From contig JAOAKA010000001.1 of NCBI GenBank assembly GCA_026413885.1, positions 46,088 through 110,087 on the forward strand: a stretch of DNA of 64,000 bases, read 5' to 3'. Shown piece after piece: positions 49,899 through 59,868 of this stretch. The notes under the pieces were generated by a model, which saw nothing but the letters and a program-made list of their open reading frames with translations, was not told where the DNA came from and searched no databases. The stretch comes from Sulfolobales archaeon. GTDB lineage: Archaea; Thermoproteota; Thermoprotei_A; Sulfolobales; NBVN01. The stretch's first letter is position 1; the number at the start of each line of letters is the position of its first letter. Position numbers and translations under genes: made by a program.

Positions 49899-51301
49899 GA
49901 TAGGAAGGATTTTTCAATAGACAGCGGTTCGATACATCGAGTTTTAAGTGTCTTCAACAGTAGGTTTAGTACTGTGTCTACTAATTGCTTGAGCTTATCT
50001 GTGCTAGTTGCTTCAGCATATAGCCTTATCTTCGGCTCTGTTCCAGAAGCTCTAACTAGAATCCACGAAGAGTCTTCAAAATCTATTCTAAGTCCGTCGA
50101 TCTCAGTTAACACCGCCTTCTCTGAGTAGAGACTCTTCATAGTTTCAGCCAGCTCTTTAAAGACTTCTATCTTCAACTCTTCAGGAACCACGATGGAGTA
50201 TCTAGCCTGCGGGAAATCCGGTATCTCTCGAAGGATTTGATCTAGACTTCTTCCTTCTTCTATCATAAGCTTGGTTAGGTAAGCTGCTTGGTAAATTCCA
50301 TCAATCCAGAGACCCCACCTAGGGTCTATAAACTTCCAGGGTTCAGCAGCCATTACTGCATTACCGTACACATGAAATGCTTCATGGATCTTTCCGAGCT
50401 TATAGAGTACTAGATTGCCTCCTAAACTCTCAACTACTCTTCTAACAGCATTACCACAGTCTACTGAGACTATGACTATACCTTTTCTATCCATTAGGAT
50501 TCGGCTAGCTAGAAGCGCTATTAAGCGATCTTGCTTTACGAAGCCGCGTGTTGGTGTTAGTACCGCCAGTCTATCTCCATCTCCATCGAATGCGAAGAGA
50601 GCGTCATAACCTGAAGCTGTCAAAACCGGGTGAAGTGGCTCTAGTACGTCGGGCCTCGGCTCTGGGTATCTCCCGGGGAATCTCCCGTCTATATTTCCAT
50701 TAGTAACTAGTACTGATGCTCCAATATCTACTAAGACTTTAGGAGCAGCTAGAACTGTAGGTCCATTAGCTGTATCTAGAATTATCTTTGGCTTATACCT
50801 ATGCACTGAACTACTCAGGAGAGACCTCAAGTCGTGAATATACTCGTCGATAGGATTTAGAGTTGAGTAGCTACCGACACTACTCCAGTCAGCATAGGTA
50901 GACTTCTCGATAACTTCTTCGAGAATCTCTTCATCTGACGATGTCACTTCATCACCATTTTTTCCATAGATTTTAAATCCATTATACTGAGGTGGATTAT
51001 GAGACGCTGTTATATATATACCGCCGCCTAGCCTATATTTCTTCACAGACCACGCGAGTACCCCTATTGGCGTGAGACCTATATCTACTACTGAAGACCC
51101 TGAGGATAGAACGCCTGACATTAAGGCTAGACCTAGAGCTCTAGAGGTAGTTCTAGCGTCGTAACCAATAGAAAAAGCACTTCTACCAAAAAATTGAGTT
51201 ACAGCTTTTCCAACCTTTACCATTAGCTCGGGGTTTATCTTACTTGGAAATATACCGCGAGCTCCTGCGGTTCCAAAAAATTTCGGCAGCTGTGACACCA
51301 A
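49895..51301 (-). CDS. Phosphoglucomutase/phosphomannomutase family protein (paralogue 2)
   Basis: TASHNPPQYNGFK and FAFDGDGDR. Confidence 0.88.
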   Translation of the reverse strand: MVSQLPKFFGTAGARGIFPSKINPELMVKVGKAVTQFFGRSAFSIGYDARTTSRALGLALMSGVLSSGSSVVDIGLTPIGVLAWSVKKYRLGGGIYITASHNPPQYNGFKIYGKNGDEVTSSDEEILEEVIEKSTYADWSSVGSYSTLNPIDEYIHDLRSLLSSSVHRYKPKIILDTANGPTVLAAPKVLVDIGASVLVTNGNIDGRFPGRYPEPRPDVLEPLHPVLTASGYDALFAFDGDGDRLAVLTPTRGFVKQDRLIALLASRILMDRKGIVIVSVDCGNAVRRVVESLGGNLVLYKLGKIHEAFHVYGNAVMAAEPWKFIDPRWGLWIDGIYQAAYLTKLMIEEGRSLDQILREIPDFPQARYSIVVPEELKIEVFKELAETMKSLYSEKAVLTEIDGLRIDFEDSSWILVRASGTEPKIRLYAEATSTDKLKQLVDTVLNLLLKTLKTRCIEPLSIEKSFLS

Positions 51302-51406
51302 ATGACTAAAGTTCTTGCTGATAAAAACTTTTACACGAAATGCGAGAATTCACTCAAAAGTATATTAGAAACACAGCTTCTGTGGAAAAACTAAGTGCTT
51401 CAGAAG

Positions 51407-51949
51407 CTACAGCACTCTCTCGAGCTCGCTTGGTTTGAGAACTGAGATAGCTGCTACTTTTGCTAGACCTATCTTAATAACTCTAACATATACAACCCAG
51501 TTGGGATGTGTTAGATTTACCGGTCTATCTATTTCACTAGCTATATCTCTAACAGCCACATCAGAACTTAACTCTACCGAAAGTCCTTCCTCGATTTTCT
51601 CTAAGTGTCCCTGCAGAGTTACTCTAAAAGTCTCGTCGTGAGGTATTTTACCTGCGAGTTTTCTCACAACTTCTCTTACAGATAGCACATCAGCTCTCAC
51701 AACTGCGTCTACCGGGATCACCTTTATAATTGGTATTCCAACACTATGTGCTTCTCTCTTAACTACTTCAGCACACATATGTGGGTCGTCTAGACACTTG
51801 TAGAGAACTACTGACTGATAGGAGTATGTATATACTACTTTACTCCCGAGAATATTCTTAATGTAGTTTCTAACTCTCTCGTAGTTCTCTACGCCGGGCT
51901 CGTGGATTACTATGAGATTGAAATCGGGTATATTTAACTTCATAGCCAC
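51407..51949 (-). CDS. THUMP-domain-like RNA-binding protein
   Basis: ETFRVTLQG...VNLTHPNWVVYVRVI follows the THUMP pattern. 180 aa. Confidence 0.5.
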   Translation of the reverse strand: MAMKLNIPDFNLIVIHEPGVENYERVRNYIKNILGSKVVYTYSYQSVVLYKCLDDPHMCAEVVKREAHSVGIPIIKVIPVDAVVRADVLSVREVVRKLAGKIPHDETFRVTLQGHLEKIEEGLSVELSSDVAVRDIASEIDRPVNLTHPNWVVYVRVIKIGLAKVAAISVLKPSELERVL

Positions 51950-52019
51950 CTCTCTGTATTACGTGGTTGTAGCTTTTTAAAAACCCTCTATAGGTTAGAC
52001 ATAAGTCGAGGCGAGGACC

Positions 52020-52688
52020 GTGGGGTTACCTGAGTTAAAAGAGTTTAGGAGGGATTGGTCGGGTAAGGAGAAAACTGTTGGAGATGTATTCAAGAAATTC
52101 TTCGGTAGAGAGAAACCGATTAGGTATAGACTTGCCGGCGCTAGATATAGAATAAACTCTATGGTCAGAAAACTTGAGGTCTACGGGGAGAAGCTGAAGT
52201 CTAGAGACCAGGAGCTATTCAACAGAGTGGTAGATGCTCTAATGGCTAAAGACCAAATAAGAGCTACTATGTACGCGAATGAGGTAGCTGAGATCAGAAA
52301 GATCGCGAAAGCAGTATTTCTAACTCAAGTAGCACTAGAGCAGATATCTCTCAGACTAGAGTCTGTACAAGAGCTTGGTGATATAGCCGTTAATTTAGCA
52401 CCTATAGTAGAACTCATTAAAGACCTGAGAATGGCGGTAAAGGACGTCCTACCTGAAATAGGTATAGAACTTGGTGAAGTACACGACGTATTGAATGAAA
52501 CCATGATCGAAATCGGTGAAGTTGTTGGTGTTCCGGGCACTGGAATAGCTGCTTCAACTGAAGCTAGAAAGATCCTTGAGGAAGCTAGAGTAGTTGCTGA
52601 GCAAAGAATGAAGGAGATATTCCCAACACTACCATCAGCAGTAGCTCTACCTCAGTCACAGACCACTCAAGTAGAGCAGAGCCACTAG
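52020..52688 (+). CDS. ESCRT-III (Snf7/CdvB-family) paralogue
   Basis: Long helical hairpin with RLAGARYRINSMVRKLEVYGEKL...RATMYANEVAEIRK. 222 aa. GTG start. Confidence 0.75.
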   Translation: MGLPELKEFRRDWSGKEKTVGDVFKKFFGREKPIRYRLAGARYRINSMVRKLEVYGEKLKSRDQELFNRVVDALMAKDQIRATMYANEVAEIRKIAKAVFLTQVALEQISLRLESVQELGDIAVNLAPIVELIKDLRMAVKDVLPEIGIELGEVHDVLNETMIEIGEVVGVPGTGIAASTEARKILEEARVVAEQRMKEIFPTLPSAVALPQSQTTQVEQSH

Positions 52689-52701
52689 ACTACACTACAG
52701 A

Positions 52702-54090
52702 TTACTGAGAGTAGCTGATCATAGCTTCTACTTCTAATTCACGTATTTTCTTCATATATTCTCCGTAATACTCTCTAAAGAATTCTCTCGCAACGTCTGG
52801 GAAGAGACAGTAGGTAACTATATTTTCGTCGGTAAACGGCACATCTATCTTCCTTACTTCTTCAGCACACCTCTCAAGTTCCATCTCTAAGAGGTCTGCT
52901 GGTCTAACAGTTATTTCTTTAGTATTCTTGAGTACTCTTTCCTTTATCTCAATGTTTATAGGTCCCGGCGGTTTTCCGTAGTAGCCCGCCACATAGTCCA
53001 TAACTTCTTTCGCGATTACCTTATACTTTCCGAGTAAAACGTTTAGAGCTGCCTGTGTGCCAACTATCTGAGATAACGGGGTAACTAGCGGCGGCCAACC
53101 TAAGTCTTCTCTAACTTTTGGAACTTCCTCTAGAACTTCCTTTAATCTATGTTCTGCTTTAAGTTCCTTAAGTTGGGCTATTAAGTTCGTAATCATACCT
53201 CCCGGAATTTGGTGGAAGAGTACGTTGTGGTCCGGTATTAGTGCTTTAATTGTGAGTAACTTAGAGTACTTCTGATTAATCACGTTCTCTAAGTATTCAG
53301 AGATCTCATTGACTACTTTGAGGTCTACACTGGGTCTTAAATCCTCCCTCAGCGAGAAATAGACTGTCTGAATTCCGGGTTGTGCTGTACCAAAGGCTAG
53401 AGGGCTGATGGCTGTATCTATGAGGTCTGCGCCAGCTTCAACAGATTTAACGTAGGTAGCTACAGCCATACCACTCGTTGTGTGTGTATGTACGTCGACT
53501 GGGATATTGAATCTCTTTTTAAACTCCCTAACTAGTGTGTATGCTTTGTAGGGGTCTAGTATTCCAGCCATATCTTTGATAGTGATCATATCGACACCTA
53601 GCGATACTAATTCTTCAGCAAACTTCACGTAGTAATCTACAGTGTGTATAGGGCTAATAGTATAGCATATAGCTCCCTGAACAATAGCACCTACAGACTT
53701 AGCTTTCTTAATGCTAGCTACGAGATTTCGCGAATCGTTTAATGCGTCAAATATTCTAAATATATCTATACCGTTTCTATAAGCTAGCTCGACGAATTTA
53801 TCGACTACGTCATCTGCATAGTGTCTGTAGCCGACTAGGTTTTGACCTCTTAGAAGCATCTGTAGCTTTGTTTTCTTAACGTTCTCACGTATGGTTCTCA
53901 GTCTCTCCCAAGGGTCTTCTTTAAGATATCTAATCGCTACATCGAATGTAGCTCCACCCCAGACTTCTAAACTGTAGAATCCGGCTCTATCTAGCTTCTC
54001 CAATATGGGAACCATATCTTCAGTTCTAAATCTCGTTGCTATAAGTGATTGATGAGCATCACGTAAAGTTGTATCAACTACTCCTACCAC
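52702..54090 (-). CDS. Carboxyltransferase (oxaloacetate decarboxylase alpha / pyruvate carboxylase B / transcarboxylase 5S-like) without a biotinyl domain
   Basis: VDTTLRDAHQSL, an HMGL-like TIM barrel and HTHTTSGMA. I prefer GTG 54090, since the tracked ATG 54150 adds 20 non-conserved residues. There is no EAMKM biotinylation motif. Confidence 0.85.
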   Translation of the reverse strand: MVGVVDTTLRDAHQSLIATRFRTEDMVPILEKLDRAGFYSLEVWGGATFDVAIRYLKEDPWERLRTIRENVKKTKLQMLLRGQNLVGYRHYADDVVDKFVELAYRNGIDIFRIFDALNDSRNLVASIKKAKSVGAIVQGAICYTISPIHTVDYYVKFAEELVSLGVDMITIKDMAGILDPYKAYTLVREFKKRFNIPVDVHTHTTSGMAVATYVKSVEAGADLIDTAISPLAFGTAQPGIQTVYFSLREDLRPSVDLKVVNEISEYLENVINQKYSKLLTIKALIPDHNVLFHQIPGGMITNLIAQLKELKAEHRLKEVLEEVPKVREDLGWPPLVTPLSQIVGTQAALNVLLGKYKVIAKEVMDYVAGYYGKPPGPINIEIKERVLKNTKEITVRPADLLEMELERCAEEVRKIDVPFTDENIVTYCLFPDVAREFFREYYGEYMKKIRELEVEAMISYSQ

Positions 54091-54183
54091 ACCTATCTCC
54101 AGATATATACACGCTTCGAAATGTAATAAACACCTACAATTGCTGCGCATTTTTATGCTTATTGATAGTGGTATGTACTAGGT

Positions 54184-54507
54184 GTGCCAGTGGGTAGAAG
54201 GAAAAAGAGGAGGAAGGTTGTAAAAATCGTTAGAAGACTGCCGAAGCTATTTCAATGTCCTTCGTGTGGACAGGTAGCTCTAACTATCGATATGGATGAA
54301 GTAAAAACTGAGTCAGGTTTAGCTAAAATTGCTCGAGTTATCTGCAATAACCCGTCTTGCTGTCTTAGAGCTGAGCTCCTCGGTCTCCCGATGATATTTG
54401 AAGCTGTAGATGCGTACCACAAATTTCTAGATCTATACAACACTGGTGAAATAGGTGTTAGATTTGAATGTGCGGCTGAAGGTGAGGAGAGAAGAGAGAG
54501 TGAGTAA
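54184..54507 (+). CDS. Elf1-like zinc-ribbon transcription elongation factor homologue
   Basis: GRRKKRRKVVKIVRRLPKLFQCPSCG...CNNPSC, that is, a basic N-terminus plus a 4-Cys ribbon. GTG start. Confidence 0.7.
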   Translation: MPVGRRKKRRKVVKIVRRLPKLFQCPSCGQVALTIDMDEVKTESGLAKIARVICNNPSCCLRAELLGLPMIFEAVDAYHKFLDLYNTGEIGVRFECAAEGEERRESE

Positions 54508-55246
54508 GTACATCAGAGACAGAGTGGGAGAGGGTCGCACACTCCACTTTACCCTCATAGATCCAGCAAAACTATCTGACATAGACGAAGTGGAGAGGGT
54601 GGCTGAGAGACTAGCTGCTGCTGGAACAGACTGCTTTATGATTGGAGGGTCTCTAGGAGTTTCTGAGAGAGATGTAGATGAAGTAGCTTTAAGGCTGAGG
54701 AAATTTGGACTTCCAGTAATAGCTTTTCCAGGTAATATAAGTGGTATCTCAAAGCATGTAGACGCAGTTCTATTTATGTCTCTACTAAATTCCGAAGATC
54801 CGTACTACGTAATTGGGGCTCAAGTAGCTGGAGCATTCGTAGTAGCAAAGTACGGTATAGAAGCTCTTCCCACAGGCTACATAGTGGTAGGGTACGGTGG
54901 TACTGCCGGCTACATAGGTAGAGCTAGACCGATACCGTATGAAAAACACGAAATAGTTGCTGCTTATGCGCTAGCAGCATACATGCTCGGAATGAACTAT
55001 ATATATCTTGAAGCCGGTTCTGGAGCTCCTCAACCAGTTCCTCAAGAATCCGTTAAACTAGTTAAATCGGTTATACCAAATGCTGTTCTATTAGTTGGTG
55101 GAGGTATTAGAGACCCGAATACTGCGGTTCATCTATCTCAAGTAGGTGCTGACGTAATTGTGACAGGAAACATAGTTGAAGATAACTTAGAGAAAGCTAT
55201 AGAGATAATCAAGGCGGTTAGAAGTATTAGAAAAACTTTTCTATAA
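54500..55246 (+). CDS. Geranylgeranylglyceryl phosphate synthase (PcrB/GGGPS family)
   Basis: HFTLIDPAK, YLEAGSGA and VGGGIRD. GTG 54500 overlaps the upstream stop. Confidence 0.88.
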   Translation: MSKYIRDRVGEGRTLHFTLIDPAKLSDIDEVERVAERLAAAGTDCFMIGGSLGVSERDVDEVALRLRKFGLPVIAFPGNISGISKHVDAVLFMSLLNSEDPYYVIGAQVAGAFVVAKYGIEALPTGYIVVGYGGTAGYIGRARPIPYEKHEIVAAYALAAYMLGMNYIYLEAGSGAPQPVPQESVKLVKSVIPNAVLLVGGGIRDPNTAVHLSQVGADVIVTGNIVEDNLEKAIEIIKAVRSIRKTFL

Positions 55247-55301
55247 CTCTTAGGAGAGTTATGTTAAACTCTCTCGAATATACTTACGAATTAAATATCA
55301 G

Positions 55302-55377
55302 TGCGGCGGCCGGGATTCGAACCCGGGATCTCCGGCTTGGGAGGCCGGCGTCCTAAACCAGGCTAGACTACCGCCGC
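55302..55377 (-). tRNA. tRNA-Gly (anticodon CCC)
   Basis: The reverse complement is GCGGCGGTAGTCTAGCCTGGTTTAGGACGCCGGCCTCCCAAGCCGGAGATCCCGGGTTCGAATCCCGGCCGCCGCA, with the loop CTCCCAA. Confidence 0.9.
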
Positions 55378-55753
55378 CAGAACCTATAGTGTTATCGGTA
55401 TTTTATGTGTTTCTCTCATAGTAAGTCGTTACATAGTTTCAACAAGATCGCTTAAACAGGATCAATAGAACTAGCTCTTAATTACGATGCTGGAAGAGTG
55501 ATATGTATCAAGTAAATTTAGTAAAACTCTCCAAACGTGTCTAGACTTATCACTATAGCTAGCTAAGAGCTTCGATGTCGATAACTCGCTATATACTTGC
55601 TTGACTAAGCTGGACATCACTGGAAGAAGAATGCTTAATCAGAATTAGAGAGATTTAGATGTTATAGTTGAGAAGCAATCTCCTCGTCGTAAATAAAGAA
55701 CTAGCCTATTAAAACTGCTCGCTAGAGTTTATCGGAAAGCTAGCGGTGGTTGA

Positions 55754-56017
55754 ATGCCTAAGATAGTAAATGATAAAAACATTAGATATGTGGAAGGAGC
55801 TGTATTATCAATGCTCAGACTTAGGAGATACTTACTCTCCAGGGGGGTAGATCCCGAGGAGGTTGATGAGAGAATTAAGAAGCAGGCTATTGGAATGCTA
55901 GAAGCTTCTGGATTAAGTAAAGAAAAGATAGTTGAGATATTGATTGAACTGAAGTTAGTAGTTGAAGTTCTAATAGAGTTAGTTAGTAGAGAGATGATTC
56001 AAGAAAGCGGTGAGTAG
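55754..56017 (+). CDS. Hypothetical small protein (87 aa)
   Basis: ORF only. It is helical and acidic. Confidence 0.35.
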   Translation: MPKIVNDKNIRYVEGAVLSMLRLRRYLLSRGVDPEEVDERIKKQAIGMLEASGLSKEKIVEILIELKLVVEVLIELVSREMIQESGE

Positions 56018-56081
56018 ATTTCCAATTAATAGAAAAATTGTGATGTATAGCCTATATATCAGTTTACGCTAGTAGTATGCG

Positions 56082-57275
56082 GTGAAGGCTAAAATGAGTG
56101 CGGTGATTATACTGTTAGCCGTAGTTACCGCCATCATAACCTGCCTGAAGATCGGGCTGAGTCTAGGTCTATCCATAGCTATAGTAACAATAGGTTTGGG
56201 ATTCTTCACAGGCAGTATCTATGGAGCTATACTAGAATCTATTGTGAGTGAAGATATGTGGATACTTACTCTATCTGCGTTATCGATAGCTATACTAGCT
56301 GAGCTCTATAGAATCACTAACGCAGTTGATGACTTAGGACATGGACTCTCCGCATCATTTAGAGACCCTAGAACTGGACTAGCAGTGGTGCCGGCTGTTG
56401 TTGGACTTATGCCTGTTGCTGGTGGAGCACTACTATCTGCGCCTCTAGTAGAGTCTCTAGGTGTTCCAATGGGGTTATCTAGAGAGGCACTAGCCTATAT
56501 AAATGTCTGGTTTAGACACACACTTCTTTACTCATATCCTTTCTCACAGCTAATCGTAGTTCTCTCACAGCTAGCTGGGATTTCAGTTTTTACTATAGTG
56601 ATAAATACACTACCTGTAGCAATTCTAATGACTCTTCTGGGGCTACCCGTACTTTTGAAGGCGAAACCTAGACCTCTAGGTGGCTCTAAAAGTTTAAATA
56701 GAGAGTACGTAGAATCTCTTATTCCTATATCGATAGCAGTTATTCTATTAATACCGCTAACACCGCTACTCGGCAACTGGGCGATACCTATAGGCACGTC
56801 GGTAGCTATATTGCTCCTAGTTAAGCTTAAACAAGCATTTAAACTACTACCTAGAGCTATTTTATCAAAGCGTGTAGGTGATATAGTTCTAGCTGTAGTA
56901 GCAGTAGTTATACTGAGAGAAGTTATATCAATGAGCGGTATGTCGATAGAGCTGCAGAATACCATACAGGAAATCGGTAATACAAAGATTGCTCTAGCCG
57001 CGCTCTCCACATTAATATCTATAGCCACCGGGTCTACTATGACCGGTCTCTTCATCAGCCTGCCGATACTCTCGTCGACTGGGGTAGTGAGTGTGAGCTC
57101 TATTCTCCTCGTATATACTTACTCATTTCTCGGTTACGTAGCTTCTCCAACACATTTATGTCTTCTATATACGGTTGAATATTTTAGAGCAGATCTAGTT
57201 AAGACCTATAGATACCTCTTACCGTCGATACTCATAGTCCTCTTCATAGGAACTCTGTACTACTCGACTATTTGA
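56082..57275 (+). CDS. Polytopic membrane permease-like protein (DUF401-like)
   Basis: 397 aa with 10-12 TM helices. GTG start. The family call is from memory of the architecture only. Confidence 0.55.
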   Translation: MKAKMSAVIILLAVVTAIITCLKIGLSLGLSIAIVTIGLGFFTGSIYGAILESIVSEDMWILTLSALSIAILAELYRITNAVDDLGHGLSASFRDPRTGLAVVPAVVGLMPVAGGALLSAPLVESLGVPMGLSREALAYINVWFRHTLLYSYPFSQLIVVLSQLAGISVFTIVINTLPVAILMTLLGLPVLLKAKPRPLGGSKSLNREYVESLIPISIAVILLIPLTPLLGNWAIPIGTSVAILLLVKLKQAFKLLPRAILSKRVGDIVLAVVAVVILREVISMSGMSIELQNTIQEIGNTKIALAALSTLISIATGSTMTGLFISLPILSSTGVVSVSSILLVYTYSFLGYVASPTHLCLLYTVEYFRADLVKTYRYLLPSILIVLFIGTLYYSTI

Positions 57276-57329
57276 ATAGTGCTGTATAAGCCTTATTTTA
57301 CTGCTCACAGTAACTAACGTGCGATATAC

Positions 57330-58496
57330 ATGACTAAAAACAGTGAAATCACTGAGATAGCTCTAAATTTGAGCACTCTTCTATACTTTCTCTCACTTCA
57401 CTCTATCGCTCCCTACATATCTAGGTACGCAATACATCTAGGTGCTAGTGAGCAAGAAGTTGCTTTTCTCGGACCGGCACTCTCCGTGGTTGCTATATCT
57501 ATTAGACCTCTTAGTGGCTTACTCATAGATAGAGGATTGCTACGCGTACTTCTAGTAGTTGGGGTATCTCTAGCTATCGCAGCACAAACATCTTACTGGT
57601 TATCGACCAGCACTATCTTTATATACCTAGGAAGAGCTCTACAAGGTATTGGAGTAGCTCTTTTTATACCTGCTTCAATCTATACAGCAACACTGGTAAG
57701 GCGGAATATAGCTAGTTCACTAGCATGGAGGTCCACCATGATAGGACTCTCGATGGTTTTAGGACCAGCTGTCGGCGGCGTGTTAGTGAGCCTCTATGGA
57801 TATAGATCACTCTTTACTGCTGCTGGACTATACCTACTGCTATCTGGATTCATAACTGTAGCCGCAGTGAGAGAATTGAAGCCGAGCACGAAAGGAGAGA
57901 ACGCTCAATTACTCGATATTTTAAACTTAGACTACCTAGTAGCGTCTTTCTCGATATTAACATACAGTATAGTGTATAACTGCTTCCTCCTCTTTCTACC
58001 AGCTTACCACAGCTTGCTGAAAGTAGACGTTGTAGTAACTACTTCGCTATTTACTACTCTGTCTATAGCTAACTTCACATCGAGAGTTGCTCTATCGCTA
58101 CTATCAAGTAGATTAAAGTACCCACTAATAGCACTACTAGGCTCTATTCTGGCTCTCTCAGGTATGTCTCTAATAGTGTTAAATCCTGTTTCACCCTATC
58201 TACCCCTATATGCTGTAATTGCTGGATTCGGAGGTGGGCTGCTCATACCATCTCTTCAAATAATAGCTCTCTTAAACGTTAGAGAGAGGAGTAGAGGTCT
58301 GGCTTCCGGGACCTACACTGCTATGTTTGATGTGGGAAACATAGTTGGCCCACCGCTGGCGGTAGCTATAGGTAGAACATATCTAGACTCTCTTAAAGCA
58401 TCAATAGCGTTCTCGACGTCGGGACCGGCGATTCTACTAGTCTATAACGCTATATTGCTCTTTAGCAAGAACGGTGTGAAGCTGAGAGGTAAATGA
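57330..58496 (+). CDS. MFS transporter
   Basis: 12 predicted TM helices, with a loop 2-3 like segment GLLIDRG and GRALQGIGVA. Confidence 0.8.
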   Translation: MTKNSEITEIALNLSTLLYFLSLHSIAPYISRYAIHLGASEQEVAFLGPALSVVAISIRPLSGLLIDRGLLRVLLVVGVSLAIAAQTSYWLSTSTIFIYLGRALQGIGVALFIPASIYTATLVRRNIASSLAWRSTMIGLSMVLGPAVGGVLVSLYGYRSLFTAAGLYLLLSGFITVAAVRELKPSTKGENAQLLDILNLDYLVASFSILTYSIVYNCFLLFLPAYHSLLKVDVVVTTSLFTTLSIANFTSRVALSLLSSRLKYPLIALLGSILALSGMSLIVLNPVSPYLPLYAVIAGFGGGLLIPSLQIIALLNVRERSRGLASGTYTAMFDVGNIVGPPLAVAIGRTYLDSLKASIAFSTSGPAILLVYNAILLFSKNGVKLRGK

Positions 58497-58515
58497 AAAA
58501 CGGAGCTAATTCCAT

Positions 58516-59868
58516 TTACTTTCCTGCTATCACAATCTTAGGTATATAGTTTGCTGGAAGCACGTATCTACCGAAGCTCTCAACTTCACCCGAGACTCTG
58601 ACATCTGCTGGTTTAAGAACTTCGTAGATGTTTCCAGATATTACTACTCCTCTAACTGGGAATTTCTCCTCTCCATTCTCTACATACATACCATTAGTTA
58701 TTGTAGCATTTAGTAATCCACTAACTGGATTAGATAGCCACTCTCCAATAGTTGAGTAAACTACGACCCCTTTTCTAACATCTCTCACTAGGTCGCTTAA
58801 ATCACCGCGGCCGCTCTCTACGATTAAATTCGAAATCCACGGTGATGGAGTTGAATATGGAGTACCTCTAAATGCGTTACCCGTGGAACTTCTACCTTCT
58901 ACTAGTGCTGTATATGTATCATAGAGGAATCCTTTAAGAGTGCCTCGGTCGAAGATAGACTTCCTCGTGGTTGGAACTCCCTCATCGTCAAATCCTCTAG
59001 TGCCTGTAAGTCCTTGATATGTTCCATCGTCAATCATAGTTAAATTCTCAGATATCACTTGAGAACCTATTCTGCCTTTAAGTGGTGACCTACCCTTCTG
59101 CACTGAGTCCGCACATACGGCTGGTACTATGAGAGACTGCAGTACACCAGCGAAGACTCTAGGTATTAATATCAGCTCGTACACACCAGTATCAACTCTC
59201 TTAGCACCGAGAGTTTTAACAGCTACTTCGGTAGCTTTACTGATCATCTCTTCTGGATTGAATCTAGCCAGAGTAGGAGCTGAATATGCGTCGTAGTAAC
59301 CTGACTCCTCACCTGCTTCCACAGCTTTAACACTTACAAATACGTCGAGTTCAGTAGATTCTTCTCTTAAGGTTTCACCGTAGCTGTTTCCTATAGCTCT
59401 CTCTGCTGTAGTTATGTGAACGCTAACTGAACTCGTAAAAGCTCTCTTATCTATCTCGCCGGCTTTCTTTAAGAGAAACTGAGCTATCTCGATAAAATAC
59501 TCTATATCGGGTTCTCTAATTCTTGGGTCAACCAGTCCCTCTACCTGCGACTTCCCAAGGGACCTAGGTAGGGAAATCCACTGTGGATCTTCCGGGAGAG
59601 TACTGGCTATCTTAACCGCTGTTTCAACAATAGTATCTACATCTTCAACTCTCGAGACCAATCCTCCCTGAACTGTTGCTTTCTTACCGATAACTACTCT
59701 AACACCAACATCGACTCGCTCTCCAGAGGAGACTCTCTCAACTCCTCTAATAGTACCTACAATATCTAACCCAGTTCTCTTAATAGCGTAGACCTCGATT
59801 TCACTTACTCCGAGTTTCCTACCTAGCTTAATTCCTCTCTCTACAACATTCTCGATCACTTTAACCAC
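58516..59868 (-). CDS. pmbA: TldD/PmbA family metallopeptidase (PmbA-like partner)
   Basis: 450 aa with a conserved C-terminal beta-rich region (GxxxNxxI, GNIYEVL). It overlaps tldD by 8 nt. Confidence 0.85.
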   Translation of the reverse strand: MVKVIENVVERGIKLGRKLGVSEIEVYAIKRTGLDIVGTIRGVERVSSGERVDVGVRVVIGKKATVQGGLVSRVEDVDTIVETAVKIASTLPEDPQWISLPRSLGKSQVEGLVDPRIREPDIEYFIEIAQFLLKKAGEIDKRAFTSSVSVHITTAERAIGNSYGETLREESTELDVFVSVKAVEAGEESGYYDAYSAPTLARFNPEEMISKATEVAVKTLGAKRVDTGVYELILIPRVFAGVLQSLIVPAVCADSVQKGRSPLKGRIGSQVISENLTMIDDGTYQGLTGTRGFDDEGVPTTRKSIFDRGTLKGFLYDTYTALVEGRSSTGNAFRGTPYSTPSPWISNLIVESGRGDLSDLVRDVRKGVVVYSTIGEWLSNPVSGLLNATITNGMYVENGEEKFPVRGVVISGNIYEVLKPADVRVSGEVESFGRYVLPANYIPKIVIAGK

